In this document: positions 28,457 through 38,764 of the stretch, piece after piece
Position numbering within the stretch: the stretch's first letter is position 1
Layout of the letters: every line of letters begins with the position of its first letter
Assembly: GCA_947446635.1 (NCBI GenBank)
Contig: CANFHF010000009.1
Span: 494-64,493, forward strand
Source: Flavobacteriaceae bacterium
GTDB lineage: Bacteria > Bacteroidota > Bacteroidia > Flavobacteriales > Flavobacteriaceae
DNA: 64,000 nt
Direction of reading: 5' to 3'
Program-made: the position numbers and the translations under genes
Notes under the pieces: generated by a model
The model's input: only the letters and a program-made list of their open reading frames with translations
Told to the model about the DNA's origin: nothing
Databases searched by the model: none

Positions 28457-29191
28457 ATGATTCTAACTATTGACGTTGGGAATACCCGAATTAAAGGAGC
28501 TGTGTTTGAGGGGGATACTCTCTTGAATACCTTTGTCTTTTTAAAAACGGAACTCCAAAAAAGCATTTGGGGGATCTTAAAAGCTCATAAAGAGCTTACG
28601 GATTTAGTGATTGCATCGGTTTCCGATGTCGAGAAACAGTCTTTTTCTATTTTTAATGAAGCTGTAAATGTCCATTTTGTATCACCTAAAGATCCCTTTC
28701 CGTTTGTCAATAGGTATGAAACTCCCCAAACTTTAGGAATCGACAGAATGGTTCTTGCTACTGGAGCAACCTTAGTATACCCTAATCAAAACCGACTGGT
28801 TATCGATGTAGGAACCTGCGTAACCTATGACTTTATTGACGAAAACGATAATTATCTGGGAGGAGCCATCAGTCCGGGATTGCGTTTGCGCTATGCGGCA
28901 TTACATAATTATACGGAGAAACTACCGTTGCTGTCCTTAGAAAGTCCAAAACATTTCATAGGAAACTCCACCTCCGAGTCGCTTCATTCGGGAGTGGTTA
29001 ATGGGTTGGCTCTTGAAATTGACGGCTTCATCAATCAATATAAGGAGCAATATTCAAACTTTATAATAATTTTAACGGGTGGAGACTCTGAATTTTTGGC
29101 TAACCGATTAAAAAATACCATATTTGCCAATTCAAATTTCCTTCTAGAAAGTTTGAACCAAACATTTCAATATAAAATCGAAAATGATTAA
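28457..29191 (+). CDS. coaX: Type III pantothenate kinase
   Basis: IDVGNTRIK, LGIDR, IDVGTCVT, GGAISPG, TGGD. Start placed at ATG 28457. Confidence 0.95.
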   Translation: MILTIDVGNTRIKGAVFEGDTLLNTFVFLKTELQKSIWGILKAHKELTDLVIASVSDVEKQSFSIFNEAVNVHFVSPKDPFPFVNRYETPQTLGIDRMVLATGATLVYPNQNRLVIDVGTCVTYDFIDENDNYLGGAISPGLRLRYAALHNYTEKLPLLSLESPKHFIGNSTSESLHSGVVNGLALEIDGFINQYKEQYSNFIIILTGGDSEFLANRLKNTIFANSNFLLESLNQTFQYKIEND

Positions 29192-30410
29192 AAAAATTAT
29201 ATTAAGCGCCTGTTTGTTTTTGTCATTAGCCTCTTTTGCGCAAGAAGGAACATCGTCACCCTATTCTTTTTATGGAATTGGAGACATACGCTTCAAGGGA
29301 GCCATAGAAAATCGTTCGATGGCGGGATTGTCAATAGCGCCCGATAGTATTCATATCAATTTGCAAAATCCAGCGGGTTATTCCGATTTAAAACTGACGA
29401 ATTTCTCCCTTGGAGGAACTTACAATACAACTCGCCAAAAAACAGATAGCCAATCCGGAAGCGCCAGAAGAACCACCTTAGATTATTTGGCTGTTGGATT
29501 GCCGTTAGGAAAATTAGGAATGGGCTTTGGATTGATTCCTTATTCTTCGGTTGGGTATAAAATAAAAACGGTTAATTTGGATGGAATTAGTAAGATTCTT
29601 GACGGGTCTGGCGGGATGAATAAGGTTTTTTTAGGATTTGGATACAAATTAGGGGAGAACCTAAGTGTTGGTGCAGACGCACAGTATAATTTCGGCAAAA
29701 TTAAAACTACAAATTTTGAGTTAGATTCTGGAAGTTCTAACGGAACAAGTGAAGTAAACACAGCAATATTGTCTGGAATAAATTTTAATCTTGGTGTGAT
29801 GTATCAAGCAAAAATTACTAAAAAAATGACTTTGTTTAGTAGTTTTGCCTTTTCTCCAGAAAGTACTTTAGCATCTCAAAACACAAGACTAACTTCTACA
29901 TCGGTTGACGACACTTCTACGTTAAATGATGCTAGATCACTAAAGTTGCCTAGCAAATTATCTTTTGGAGTAGGAGTAGGAGAGACTAGAAAGTGGCTTG
30001 TAGGCGCAGAAGTAAGTATGCAAAACACAGGTAATTTAGTCAATTTTTACAATGAAGTAAACAACCCTGCCTTCAATGTAGTTTATGGGAAAAGTTCAAA
30101 GTACACTATTGGGGGTTGTTTCACCCCAAATTATAAATCCTATACTAGCTACGCTAAAAGAATAACCTATAAAGGAGGTCTTAAATACGAAAAAACGGGA
30201 TTGGTAATCAATTCGGAATCGATAAACGACATAGGATTGACTCTAGGAATAGGATTGCCTTTATCTGGTACTTTTTCTAATATAAATTTTGGATTTGAGT
30301 TAGGAAAAAAGGGAACTACTGCAGCTAACTTAGTTCAAGAAAACTATGCCAATTTGAACATTGGGTTTTCACTTAACGATAAATGGTTTCAAAAAAGAAA
30401 ATTTGACTAG
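29184..30410 (+). CDS. Outer-membrane beta-barrel protein (FadL-like, conserved in the coaX-lptC cluster)
   Basis: Signal peptide, SSPYSFYGIG, NPAGY, C-terminal LNDKWFQKRKFD. Confidence 0.75.
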   Translation: MIKKIILSACLFLSLASFAQEGTSSPYSFYGIGDIRFKGAIENRSMAGLSIAPDSIHINLQNPAGYSDLKLTNFSLGGTYNTTRQKTDSQSGSARRTTLDYLAVGLPLGKLGMGFGLIPYSSVGYKIKTVNLDGISKILDGSGGMNKVFLGFGYKLGENLSVGADAQYNFGKIKTTNFELDSGSSNGTSEVNTAILSGINFNLGVMYQAKITKKMTLFSSFAFSPESTLASQNTRLTSTSVDDTSTLNDARSLKLPSKLSFGVGVGETRKWLVGAEVSMQNTGNLVNFYNEVNNPAFNVVYGKSSKYTIGGCFTPNYKSYTSYAKRITYKGGLKYEKTGLVINSESINDIGLTLGIGLPLSGTFSNINFGFELGKKGTTAANLVQENYANLNIGFSLNDKWFQKRKFD

Positions 30411-30458
30411 AGCCCAAAACGATCTTTATATCAACTATAACTTTGTCAAGTACAGCAT

Positions 30459-31013
30459 ATGACTTTACTGAAAAATTATAAAATTATTCCAGTTGTCACG
30501 GTTATTGCCGTGACACTGTTTTTTGGATGCGAAAGTAATTTTAAGGAAGTGCAAAAAATTAATTTCTCTGAATTTGTACCTAGCGGCGAAGCAGAAAAAA
30601 TTAACCTGAAATACACCGATTCGGGGCGTATAAAAGCTATTTTGATGAGTCCTAAAATGCTCGATTTTGCTAGTGTTAATTTTCCTTTTACGGAATTTCC
30701 AAAAGGAATCGACGTCATTTTATATGACGATAAAGGAAAGCGGACTTTCGTAAAATCAGACTATGCGGTTTCGTACAAGACAACTGGGATTATTGATTTG
30801 CAGAGAAATGTAAAAATCACATCACAAGACAGGCAAGTCCTTGAAACCCAACAATTGTATTACGACCAAAAAAACGAATGGTTTTTTACCGAAAAAAGCT
30901 TTAAATTTACAGACACAAAAGGAGTTTCAAACGGACAGGGAATCGATTTTAGTAAAGATTTTAAGATTATTAATTCACAAAAAATAACGGGCGAACTTGA
31001 TTCGACCGAATAA
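30459..31013 (+). CDS. lptC: LPS export periplasmic protein LptC
   Basis: Lipobox-like FFGC; YTDSG, FPFTEFPKG, QLYYDQKNEWFFT. Confidence 0.8.
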   Translation: MTLLKNYKIIPVVTVIAVTLFFGCESNFKEVQKINFSEFVPSGEAEKINLKYTDSGRIKAILMSPKMLDFASVNFPFTEFPKGIDVILYDDKGKRTFVKSDYAVSYKTTGIIDLQRNVKITSQDRQVLETQQLYYDQKNEWFFTEKSFKFTDTKGVSNGQGIDFSKDFKIINSQKITGELDSTE

Positions 31014-31029
31014 AATTCAAAAAGAGAGT

Positions 31030-31224
31030 ATGAGTTATTTAAAATACACACAGTACGTTTACCTTGTAGCCGCTGTTTTTTTTACATTCAAAGCGGTAGA
31101 AATTTGGAACGAAGAGAACGATCAGCATTTTCTTTTTCTAGGAATTGCAATCCTCTCTGTTTTTATGTTTTTTTTTAGACGAAGATTCGCCAAGAAATTT
31201 GAAGACAGAAATAACAAATCCTAG
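31030..31224 (+). CDS. Small membrane protein
   Basis: Two TM segments followed by FFFRRRF; tightly packed in the operon. Confidence 0.7.
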   Translation: MSYLKYTQYVYLVAAVFFTFKAVEIWNEENDQHFLFLGIAILSVFMFFFRRRFAKKFEDRNNKS

Positions 31225-31227
31225 TGT

Positions 31228-32487
31228 ATGGAAATTAGCATTATAATAGTATGTATAATACTATGTGCCTTTTTCTCTGGAATGGAAATTGCCTTCATTT
31301 CCTCCAATAAAATATACCTCGAAATAGAGAAAAAACAGGATAGTTTTCTTTCTACTATTTTAACAAAACTTACTGAAAAACCGTCTAAGTTTATTGCTGC
31401 GATGCTTATTGGAAACAATATAGCGCTCGTAATTTATGGATTTTTTATGGGTGAATTATTGATGCGCTGGATTGAAACCTTGGAATATCATTTTTCGGAG
31501 TTATTAAATTTACTAATTCAAACCCTTATATCTACAGCAATAGTTTTGATTACGGCGGAGTTTTTGCCAAAAGTCTTTTTCCAAATTTATGCCAATACTT
31601 TAATTAAATTCTTTGCCTTCCCAGCTTATATTTTTTACCTATTATTTTATTTTATATCCTCTTTTTTCATCTGGATTTCCGATTTTGTGCTAAGGCGATT
31701 TTTTAAAACCGAAGGAGATCAAGTGCCTTTGTATTTTAGCAAGGCAGAACTGGGTAATTATATTACCGAACAAATGAGTACCGTTGAAGATCACGAACAA
31801 ATGGACTCTGAGATTCAAATGTTTCAAAATGCATTGGAGTTTTCCGGGGTCAAAGCCAGAGATGTGATGAGTCCTAGAACAGAGATTGTAGCTATTGATT
31901 TGTTTGATTCTGTTGCCGATCTGAAACAATTATTTATCGAAACGGGATATTCTAAAATTGTAGTGTTTCAGAACTCCTTAGACGATATTATAGGCTACGC
32001 CCATTCCTTTGATTTATTCAAGAAACCTAAAAACATCAAATCGATTGTTATTCCTATCGAGTTCGTTCCTGAAACAATTTATATTAAGGATGCCATGAAT
32101 TTGCTTACTAAAAAGCGAAAAAGTGTAGCCGTTGTTCTGGACGAATACGGAGGAACATCGGGAATCATAACCATAGAAGATATTGTAGAAGAGCTTTTTG
32201 GCGAAATCGAAGACGAACACGATTTAGACGAGGAATTGATAGAAAAAGAACTGGGCGATGGCGTTTATATTTTTTCGGCACGCTTGGATGTGGAATATAT
32301 AAACCAAACCTATAAACTCACTATTCCCGAAAGTGATTCTTACGGAACACTCGGTGGTTTTATTGTAGATTCTACTAAAGAAATCCCTCAAAAAGGAGAT
32401 TCAATCGCTATAGGAATCTATCATTTTATCATCGAAGAGGCCACAAATAAAAAAATTGAATTGGTTAAAATGACCATAAAAGATTGA
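31228..32487 (+). CDS. Hemolysin/CNNM (TlyC/CorC) family protein
   Basis: AFFSGMEIA, EFLPK, CBS pair, VLDEYGGTSG.ITIEDIVEELFGEIEDEHD. Confidence 0.93.
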   Translation: MEISIIIVCIILCAFFSGMEIAFISSNKIYLEIEKKQDSFLSTILTKLTEKPSKFIAAMLIGNNIALVIYGFFMGELLMRWIETLEYHFSELLNLLIQTLISTAIVLITAEFLPKVFFQIYANTLIKFFAFPAYIFYLLFYFISSFFIWISDFVLRRFFKTEGDQVPLYFSKAELGNYITEQMSTVEDHEQMDSEIQMFQNALEFSGVKARDVMSPRTEIVAIDLFDSVADLKQLFIETGYSKIVVFQNSLDDIIGYAHSFDLFKKPKNIKSIVIPIEFVPETIYIKDAMNLLTKKRKSVAVVLDEYGGTSGIITIEDIVEELFGEIEDEHDLDEELIEKELGDGVYIFSARLDVEYINQTYKLTIPESDSYGTLGGFIVDSTKEIPQKGDSIAIGIYHFIIEEATNKKIELVKMTIKD

Positions 32488-32596
32488 TTTTTTTTTCTTA
32501 ATTTGATTTTTCTTGTAAAATATACCCTGACTTTTATAATTATTAATTAGATAATTGTATTTTCGCAGACTGAATATAAAATTAACAACAATAAAA

Positions 32597-34693
32597 ATGG
32601 CAGTTTTAGCAAAAATTAGACAACGTTCCGCTTTAATGATAGTAGTTATTGCACTAGCATTATTTGCATTTATAGCTGGAGATCTTTTTAAGAAAGGAAA
32701 TTTTGGTAAAAGTTCAAAAGATGTAGGAAGCATCAACGGAAAAGATATTTCATTTGAAGAATTTAGAGTTAAAGTAAGCAATGTTGAAAAAAGTCAAGAA
32801 GGAATGACTTCGACAGCAGCGGCTAATAGAGTTTGGGACCAAGAGGTTTCCATAGCGTTGCTTACGGCTGAATTTGATAAATTAGGATTGAGAGTTGGAC
32901 CGAAACACATCATGGAAGTCTTGAAAGCAGATCAAAACATTGGGAAAAACCCACTTTTTTTGAATGCAGCAGGCGTTTTTGACGAAGCAAAATTCAAGGA
33001 ATACTTCAAGTCCAATCCAGAACAAGCCCAAGTTTTAAAAGATAGAGAAAAAGATGCGGAGCTTAATGCAAAATATCAAATCTATAATACTTTGGTAAAA
33101 GCTGGTATCTATACAACCGAAAGCGAAGGGAAGCTGAAATATGAAATGGAATCCAACAAAGTAAATTTTGCATACGTTGCCGGTCTATATTCTTCGATTA
33201 AGGACGATAAAGTAAAGGTTACCGATACCGAGATTGAAGATTTCATGAAAAAGAATGAAAAAAAATATAAAGCAGATGCCACTCGCGAAATAGAGTATGT
33301 TTTGATTGAAGACAAAGCTTCTGCAGAAGATGAAAATGAGATTAAAAACAAAGTGAACGGATTGTTGTCAGGAAGTGTTGTTTATAACCAAGCCACCAGT
33401 AAAAATGATACTTTGCAAGGATTCAAATCAGCTGCAAACACAATTGAGTTTGTAAATTCAAATTCAGACATTCCTTACGATTCTACTTATGTTGCCAAAA
33501 AGGATTTGCCGGCTGCCGATGCTGAGCAATTATACAACTTGGCTCCAGGAGCCATTTATGGTCCTTATATGAATGGAAAATACTATTGCATTTCAAAATC
33601 ATTGGGCAGAAAAGTAGGTGTAAATGCAAAGGCAAGCCATATATTGATTAGTTATGAAGGAACACAAGTTCCTAATAAAAAAGAACAAAGAACGAAAGAA
33701 CAAGCTAAAGCCAAAGCAGAAGCACTTTTGGCTCAGGTTAAGGCAAATCCAGATAGTTTCTTAATGTTAGCTTTCACAGCTTCTGATGATTCATCTTCTC
33801 AACAAGGTGGTGATTTGGGTTATTTTGGTCCAAACCAAATGGTAAAACCATTTAATGATTTTGTATTCAACAATCCTGTTGGCACCCTTGGATTGGTAGA
33901 AACTCCTTTTGGTTTTCATATCATCAAAGTAACCGATAAGCAGGACGGTGTTCGTTTGGCTACCATATCTCAGAAAATTGAGGCTTCAGAGGCAACTTCG
34001 GATAAAATATTTACCCAGGCAACTAAATTTGAAATGGATGCGGCTGACAAAGATTTTGAAAAATTGGCTAAGGAGACGAAGCTTTCGGTGGCGCCAGCAA
34101 TTACTGCAAAAGTGATGGATGAATCTTTCGGTTCTTTGGGTAACCAAAGAAATATCGTAAGATGGGCTTTCGAAGATGAAACGAATGTAGGTGATGTGAA
34201 GCGATTTGAAGTAGCCAATTTAGGGCACATTATTGCCAAAGTTAAAAAAGCAAATCCAGAAGGATTGATGGCTGTTGATTTGGTTAGACCTTCTATAGAG
34301 CCAATTCTTAAAAACAAGAAAAAAGCCGAGTTGATCAAAGCAAAAATGACTGGAACTTCATTAGAAGCGATTGCTAAAGCTTCGGGTTATGGGGTTCAAC
34401 AAGCAGTAGGTGTGACAATGGAAAATCCAGTGGTGACCGGTGGTGGCCAAGAACCTAAAGTGGTTGGAAATGCATTTGCATTGGCAACGAACCAACTTTC
34501 TGCCCCTATTGAAGGAAACGGAGGGGTTTATGTTGTAAAAAATATAAATACTATAAAAGCTCCAACATTGAAAGATCATGCGCCTTATGTAGCAAAATTA
34601 AAAGCGCAAAGCGCAGGAGATAGCAATAGAGTGATTACTGCGTTAAAAGCAAATGCTAAAATCGAAGACAACAGAAGCCAATTTAATTATTAG
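32597..34693 (+). CDS. ppiD: Peptidylprolyl isomerase (PpiD-like, SurA N-terminal plus rotamase)
   Basis: MAVLAKIRQR, ASHILI, GGDLGYF, VETPFGFHII. Start placed at ATG 32597. Confidence 0.85.
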   Translation: MAVLAKIRQRSALMIVVIALALFAFIAGDLFKKGNFGKSSKDVGSINGKDISFEEFRVKVSNVEKSQEGMTSTAAANRVWDQEVSIALLTAEFDKLGLRVGPKHIMEVLKADQNIGKNPLFLNAAGVFDEAKFKEYFKSNPEQAQVLKDREKDAELNAKYQIYNTLVKAGIYTTESEGKLKYEMESNKVNFAYVAGLYSSIKDDKVKVTDTEIEDFMKKNEKKYKADATREIEYVLIEDKASAEDENEIKNKVNGLLSGSVVYNQATSKNDTLQGFKSAANTIEFVNSNSDIPYDSTYVAKKDLPAADAEQLYNLAPGAIYGPYMNGKYYCISKSLGRKVGVNAKASHILISYEGTQVPNKKEQRTKEQAKAKAEALLAQVKANPDSFLMLAFTASDDSSSQQGGDLGYFGPNQMVKPFNDFVFNNPVGTLGLVETPFGFHIIKVTDKQDGVRLATISQKIEASEATSDKIFTQATKFEMDAADKDFEKLAKETKLSVAPAITAKVMDESFGSLGNQRNIVRWAFEDETNVGDVKRFEVANLGHIIAKVKKANPEGLMAVDLVRPSIEPILKNKKKAELIKAKMTGTSLEAIAKASGYGVQQAVGVTMENPVVTGGGQEPKVVGNAFALATNQLSAPIEGNGGVYVVKNINTIKAPTLKDHAPYVAKLKAQSAGDSNRVITALKANAKIEDNRSQFNY

Positions 34694-34713
34694 ATTGCAA
34701 CTTCATTGAATAC

Positions 34714-34741
34714 AAAATCCCGATTTATTCGGGATTTTTTT
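34714..34741. terminator. Bidirectional terminator between ppiD and the GHMP kinase gene
   Basis: AAAATCCCGA-loop-TCGGGATTTT. Confidence 0.85.
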
Positions 34742-34743
34742 GT

Positions 34744-35661
34744 TTATAAGACCATCTCTTTGTATGAAATTATGGTTCGAAATCCTTTTTCCTTGAAATA
34801 GTCTGTCGGATTTTCGGTTGCAATTACCAAAACAAAATCGCCTCCCCAAGCGCCAAGACTTTTTACCGTGCCCTCGAAGTCTGAAAACAAAGATTCTTTT
34901 ACGGTCTCAATTTTAAGAATAGCGCTCATTTCGTTTTCGTGTTTTTCTATTGCCCAAGCGAATGCCTCGAGGTTTTTTGCGTTTAAAACTTCTTGTGTTA
35001 TTTTGTCATTTCCGGCAATGGCTTTTGCCAAATCGTTTTTCAGATTATCATAATAAGAGGCGATAGCCGCTTTACTGCTTTGTTTTTTATCGAGATAAAT
35101 AAAATATAGATTTTCAGAAAATATGGGGTCGAAAGCTACTCTTTCGACAATAGGATTCCCGTTTTCTAAATGATACAAAATAGGGCAATTGTTTTGAGCA
35201 CAGGCAATATCATAACCGCTACCGCCAAAACTATTTTTGAGTAAAACAAAGGCGTCAATTTGCAACCATTGTGCAATATTATTGATCAATGTCGATGAGG
35301 TTCCCAAACCCCAATTTTTGGGAAAACTAAGTTCAGTTGTAATATGATAGCCTTCAGATTGATTCATAAAATCAGGATTTAACTCAGAAGCTTCGCGAAG
35401 AATTGTTATCAAGGTGTTTCTAACCGATGTTGTTTTTTCGACCTTGTCTTTTCTGGAAATATCCTTAAATAAAAAAGTGTCTTCATACCAAACACTTCCA
35501 TCCGAATCAAAACTGGTCCATTTTATTTCTTGATTAACACCTTCCGTAACAATTAAATTTTGTCCAAATTTTGTGGGTACCGCCAAGGCTTTAGCCCCGT
35601 CCAAAACTAGATATTCCCCTGTGATTAATAGTTTTCCGTTGCTGTAAAATTCTTTTTTCAT
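34744..35661 (-). CDS. GYDIA-family GHMP kinase (mevalonate-pathway kinase)
   Basis: NGKLLITGEY, WGLGTSS, GSGYDIACA, KSLGAWGGDF. Confidence 0.9.
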   Translation of the reverse strand: MKKEFYSNGKLLITGEYLVLDGAKALAVPTKFGQNLIVTEGVNQEIKWTSFDSDGSVWYEDTFLFKDISRKDKVEKTTSVRNTLITILREASELNPDFMNQSEGYHITTELSFPKNWGLGTSSTLINNIAQWLQIDAFVLLKNSFGGSGYDIACAQNNCPILYHLENGNPIVERVAFDPIFSENLYFIYLDKKQSSKAAIASYYDNLKNDLAKAIAGNDKITQEVLNAKNLEAFAWAIEKHENEMSAILKIETVKESLFSDFEGTVKSLGAWGGDFVLVIATENPTDYFKEKGFRTIISYKEMVL

Positions 35662-35708
35662 TTGTTAGTTAGCCTTTCAGGGTTTTAAACCATGTAAGGA
35701 GTAATGTG

Positions 35709-37031
35709 TTATATTTGTCTCCTTAAATTTTGAATATAATCCACAACGCCACTGTGTGAAACAATATGGTGTTTGAAATGCTTCCGAATCAAAATGCATT
35801 CTTCTTCAGTAGCTTCCAATTGATTGAGAATGTTATTCAGGTGCATCTTCATGTGACCATCCTGAATTCCGGTAGTGGTCAACGAGCGCAAGGCGGCAAA
35901 ATTTTGTGCCAAACCTGCTACGGCTACAAATTGCATCAACTCCTCTGCGGAAGGATTTTCGAGCATTTCCAGTGAGAATTTTGACAAGGGATGGAGTGAT
36001 GTCAAGCCTCCGATTGTACCTAAAGCTAAAGGCACTTCTAGCCAAAAAGTAAAAATGCCATTTTCAATTTTGGCATGGGACAAACTAGAATAGTTTCCAT
36101 TTCGTGACGCATAGGCATGAATTCCAGCTTCAACAGCTCGAAAATCATTGCCCGTAGCAAGCACTACGGCGTCGATTCCGTTCATAATTCCCTTGTTGTG
36201 GGTTACAGCTCGGAAAGGCTCTACTTCTGCGATTTGAACCGCTTGAAGGAATCGTTTGGCAAATGCTTGAGGATTTGGAATGTGTTTTTCCACTAAGTCC
36301 TCAACTAGACAAGAAACTTCGGCACGAACAAGGCAATTGGGCACATAATTCGAGAGAATGCTCATCACAACTTCAATGTCTTTTTCTTCCTCTGAAAATA
36401 AGTCGTAGGCTGACGCTTCTTCTTTCAAGGTTTTGGCAAATTGCTCTAAACAGGAATTGATAAAATTAGCACCCATACTGTCTTTGGTGTCAAAGGTGGC
36501 GTGTAATTGAAAATAATTAGGCAGCAAATTGATTTTGTCTTTTAGTGTAATGTCAAGAATTCCACCACCGCGTTTTTGCATGTTTTTAGTAATGCTTTCC
36601 GTATCGGTAAAAAATTGGGCTTTGGTTTGGGCGAAGAATAATTCTAGTTTTGATTCGTCTCCTTTGAACGTAAAGTGGACTTGTCCTACTTTTTCTGTAT
36701 TGATGACGCTACTTTTAAATCCGCCACGAGTAGACCAAAATTTAGCGGCTTTTGATGCCGCAGCCACCACCGAACTTTCCTCAATTGCCATAGGAATAGT
36801 GCTGTATTTTCCATTTATAAGAAAATTAGGCGCAACGCCAAATGGAATGTAGAAATTCGTTAGCGTATTTTCGATGAATTCATCGTGCAGTTTTTGGATT
36901 TTTTCATCAGAATTCCAGTAGCTTTTTAGCAATGAAAAGGCTTCCGAAGGATTTGAAAAGTATTCCTTGGCAATCCAGTTTATTTTTTCTTCTTTGGATA
37001 ATTTTGAAAATCCGGCAACGGTTTTTTTCAT
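35709..37031 (-). CDS. mvaA: Hydroxymethylglutaryl-CoA reductase, class II (degradative type)
   Basis: ENT, PMAIEESSVVAA, DSMGANFIN, THNKGIMNG, QDGHMKMH. Start placed at ATG 37031. Confidence 0.95.
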   Translation of the reverse strand: MKKTVAGFSKLSKEEKINWIAKEYFSNPSEAFSLLKSYWNSDEKIQKLHDEFIENTLTNFYIPFGVAPNFLINGKYSTIPMAIEESSVVAAASKAAKFWSTRGGFKSSVINTEKVGQVHFTFKGDESKLELFFAQTKAQFFTDTESITKNMQKRGGGILDITLKDKINLLPNYFQLHATFDTKDSMGANFINSCLEQFAKTLKEEASAYDLFSEEEKDIEVVMSILSNYVPNCLVRAEVSCLVEDLVEKHIPNPQAFAKRFLQAVQIAEVEPFRAVTHNKGIMNGIDAVVLATGNDFRAVEAGIHAYASRNGNYSSLSHAKIENGIFTFWLEVPLALGTIGGLTSLHPLSKFSLEMLENPSAEELMQFVAVAGLAQNFAALRSLTTTGIQDGHMKMHLNNILNQLEATEEECILIRKHFKHHIVSHSGVVDYIQNLRRQI

Positions 37032-37225
37032 TCTCAAATTATTATAGGATGGTTGTTTGCAAATATACGGTTTTAGCTGTTTTATTTGCAGTCTATAAAA
37101 AGCTGCTGTCGATTTTATTTTATCATTTAACAGTTGAAATGTGAAATAAGTCTAAATTTTTCACTAAAATTGATGTTTATTATTCAAGAACTCCTGGCAT
37201 CATAAATAATTTACAATCCAATCGT

Positions 37226-38764
37226 ATGATTAACGAATCCCAATTGCATAAAAATGATTTTTTTGGACACCCACGCGCCCTTTTTATTTTATTTTTTACC
37301 GAAATGTGGGAACGTTTTTCGTTCTATGGGATGAAAGCTTTGCTTATTTTTTACCTTACAAAATATTATTTATTTTCTGATGAAGCAGGGAATTTACTCA
37401 TTGGGAGTTATGCTGCATTGGTATATGCCATTCCGGTTGTTGGGGGTTTTATAGCGGATAGGTATTTAGGGTTTAGAAAAGCGATTGTTTTTGGGGGAAT
37501 ATTGTTAGTGTTGGGTCACCTCGGAATGGCTCATGAAGGAAATGCCACTACCAAATCATTGACCGGGGAAATTGTAAGGGATGATTTTGCATTGCAAATA
37601 TTTTATTTGTCCTTGGCTTTTATTGTTATGGGTGTTGGCTTTTTGAAAGCTAATATTTCATCGCTCGTGGGCGAGTTGTACCCCGTAGGCGATAAACGAA
37701 GAGATTCCGGATTTACCATTTTTTATATGGGAATCAATCTTGGTTCCTTTTTGGCTACGCTAATTTGCGTTTGGCTTGGCGAAGCCTATGGTTGGAGTTA
37801 TGGATTCGCGGCTGCCGGAGTTGGAATGTCTTTTGGGTTAATCACCTTCATTTCAGGAAGGAAATTATTATTGGGCAAAGGGGAATCCAAAGTGCCCGAA
37901 TTTCTGGCCGAAAAAACCATTGGCATCAAAAACGAATGGTGTATTTATGGGGCAAGTGTCGGATCGATACTAGTGATATGGCAAATGGTTCAAAGCCATA
38001 GCGTAGTTCAAAATTTGCTTATTGTTGCTGGGTCCATTTCATTTGTTTACATACTCTATTATGCCATAACACAATTGGATAAAATTGCCAGAGAACGTTT
38101 GTTTTCTCTCACTATTTTAATTGTTTTTACGGTTATTTTCTGGGCCTTGTTCGAGCAGGCGTATACTTCTTTGAATCTTTTTGCCGATAGAATTTTAGAT
38201 CGTGGCGCTATACCTGCGGGTAATTTCTTGAGTTTAAATGCTCTTTTTATTGTTTTGTTGGCTCCTGTTTTTGCCTGGTTTTGGGTGAAATTGGGGAAAT
38301 ACAACCCGAACACGGCGGTCAAATTTTCAATTGCCTTATTGCTGGTGGGACTCGGATTCGGGTCCTTGGTATTTGGTATCAACATTTCTGAAATGGGTAA
38401 AGTAAGTATGTTTTGGTTGGTGTTAACGTATTTCCTCCACACTTGTGCGGAGCTTTGTTTATCGCCTGTCGGACTGTCTGCGGTCACCAAATTGTCACCC
38501 ATAAAAATTGTTGGTTTTATGATGGGAGTATGGTTTTTAGCCACCGCAGGATCCGAATTTATAGCCTCCATATTGGCCAATATTGCCTCTGTGGATACCT
38601 CAAACGGGGAAGCGCCCGATTTGAATTTGGCAAAACAAAGCTATTTGAAACTTTTCGAATACTTATTTTATACCGGAATAGGGTTTGGAATTGTACTTTT
38701 GGCACTATCACGACCAATCAACAAATTAATGCACGGAGTAGATAAAGAATTAAACAATGAATGA
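37226..38764 (+). CDS. Proton-dependent oligopeptide transporter (POT/PTR2), copy 1
   Basis: FFTEMWERFSFYGM, FYMGINLGS, ELCLSPVGLS. Confidence 0.95.
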   Translation: MINESQLHKNDFFGHPRALFILFFTEMWERFSFYGMKALLIFYLTKYYLFSDEAGNLLIGSYAALVYAIPVVGGFIADRYLGFRKAIVFGGILLVLGHLGMAHEGNATTKSLTGEIVRDDFALQIFYLSLAFIVMGVGFLKANISSLVGELYPVGDKRRDSGFTIFYMGINLGSFLATLICVWLGEAYGWSYGFAAAGVGMSFGLITFISGRKLLLGKGESKVPEFLAEKTIGIKNEWCIYGASVGSILVIWQMVQSHSVVQNLLIVAGSISFVYILYYAITQLDKIARERLFSLTILIVFTVIFWALFEQAYTSLNLFADRILDRGAIPAGNFLSLNALFIVLLAPVFAWFWVKLGKYNPNTAVKFSIALLLVGLGFGSLVFGINISEMGKVSMFWLVLTYFLHTCAELCLSPVGLSAVTKLSPIKIVGFMMGVWFLATAGSEFIASILANIASVDTSNGEAPDLNLAKQSYLKLFEYLFYTGIGFGIVLLALSRPINKLMHGVDKELNNE

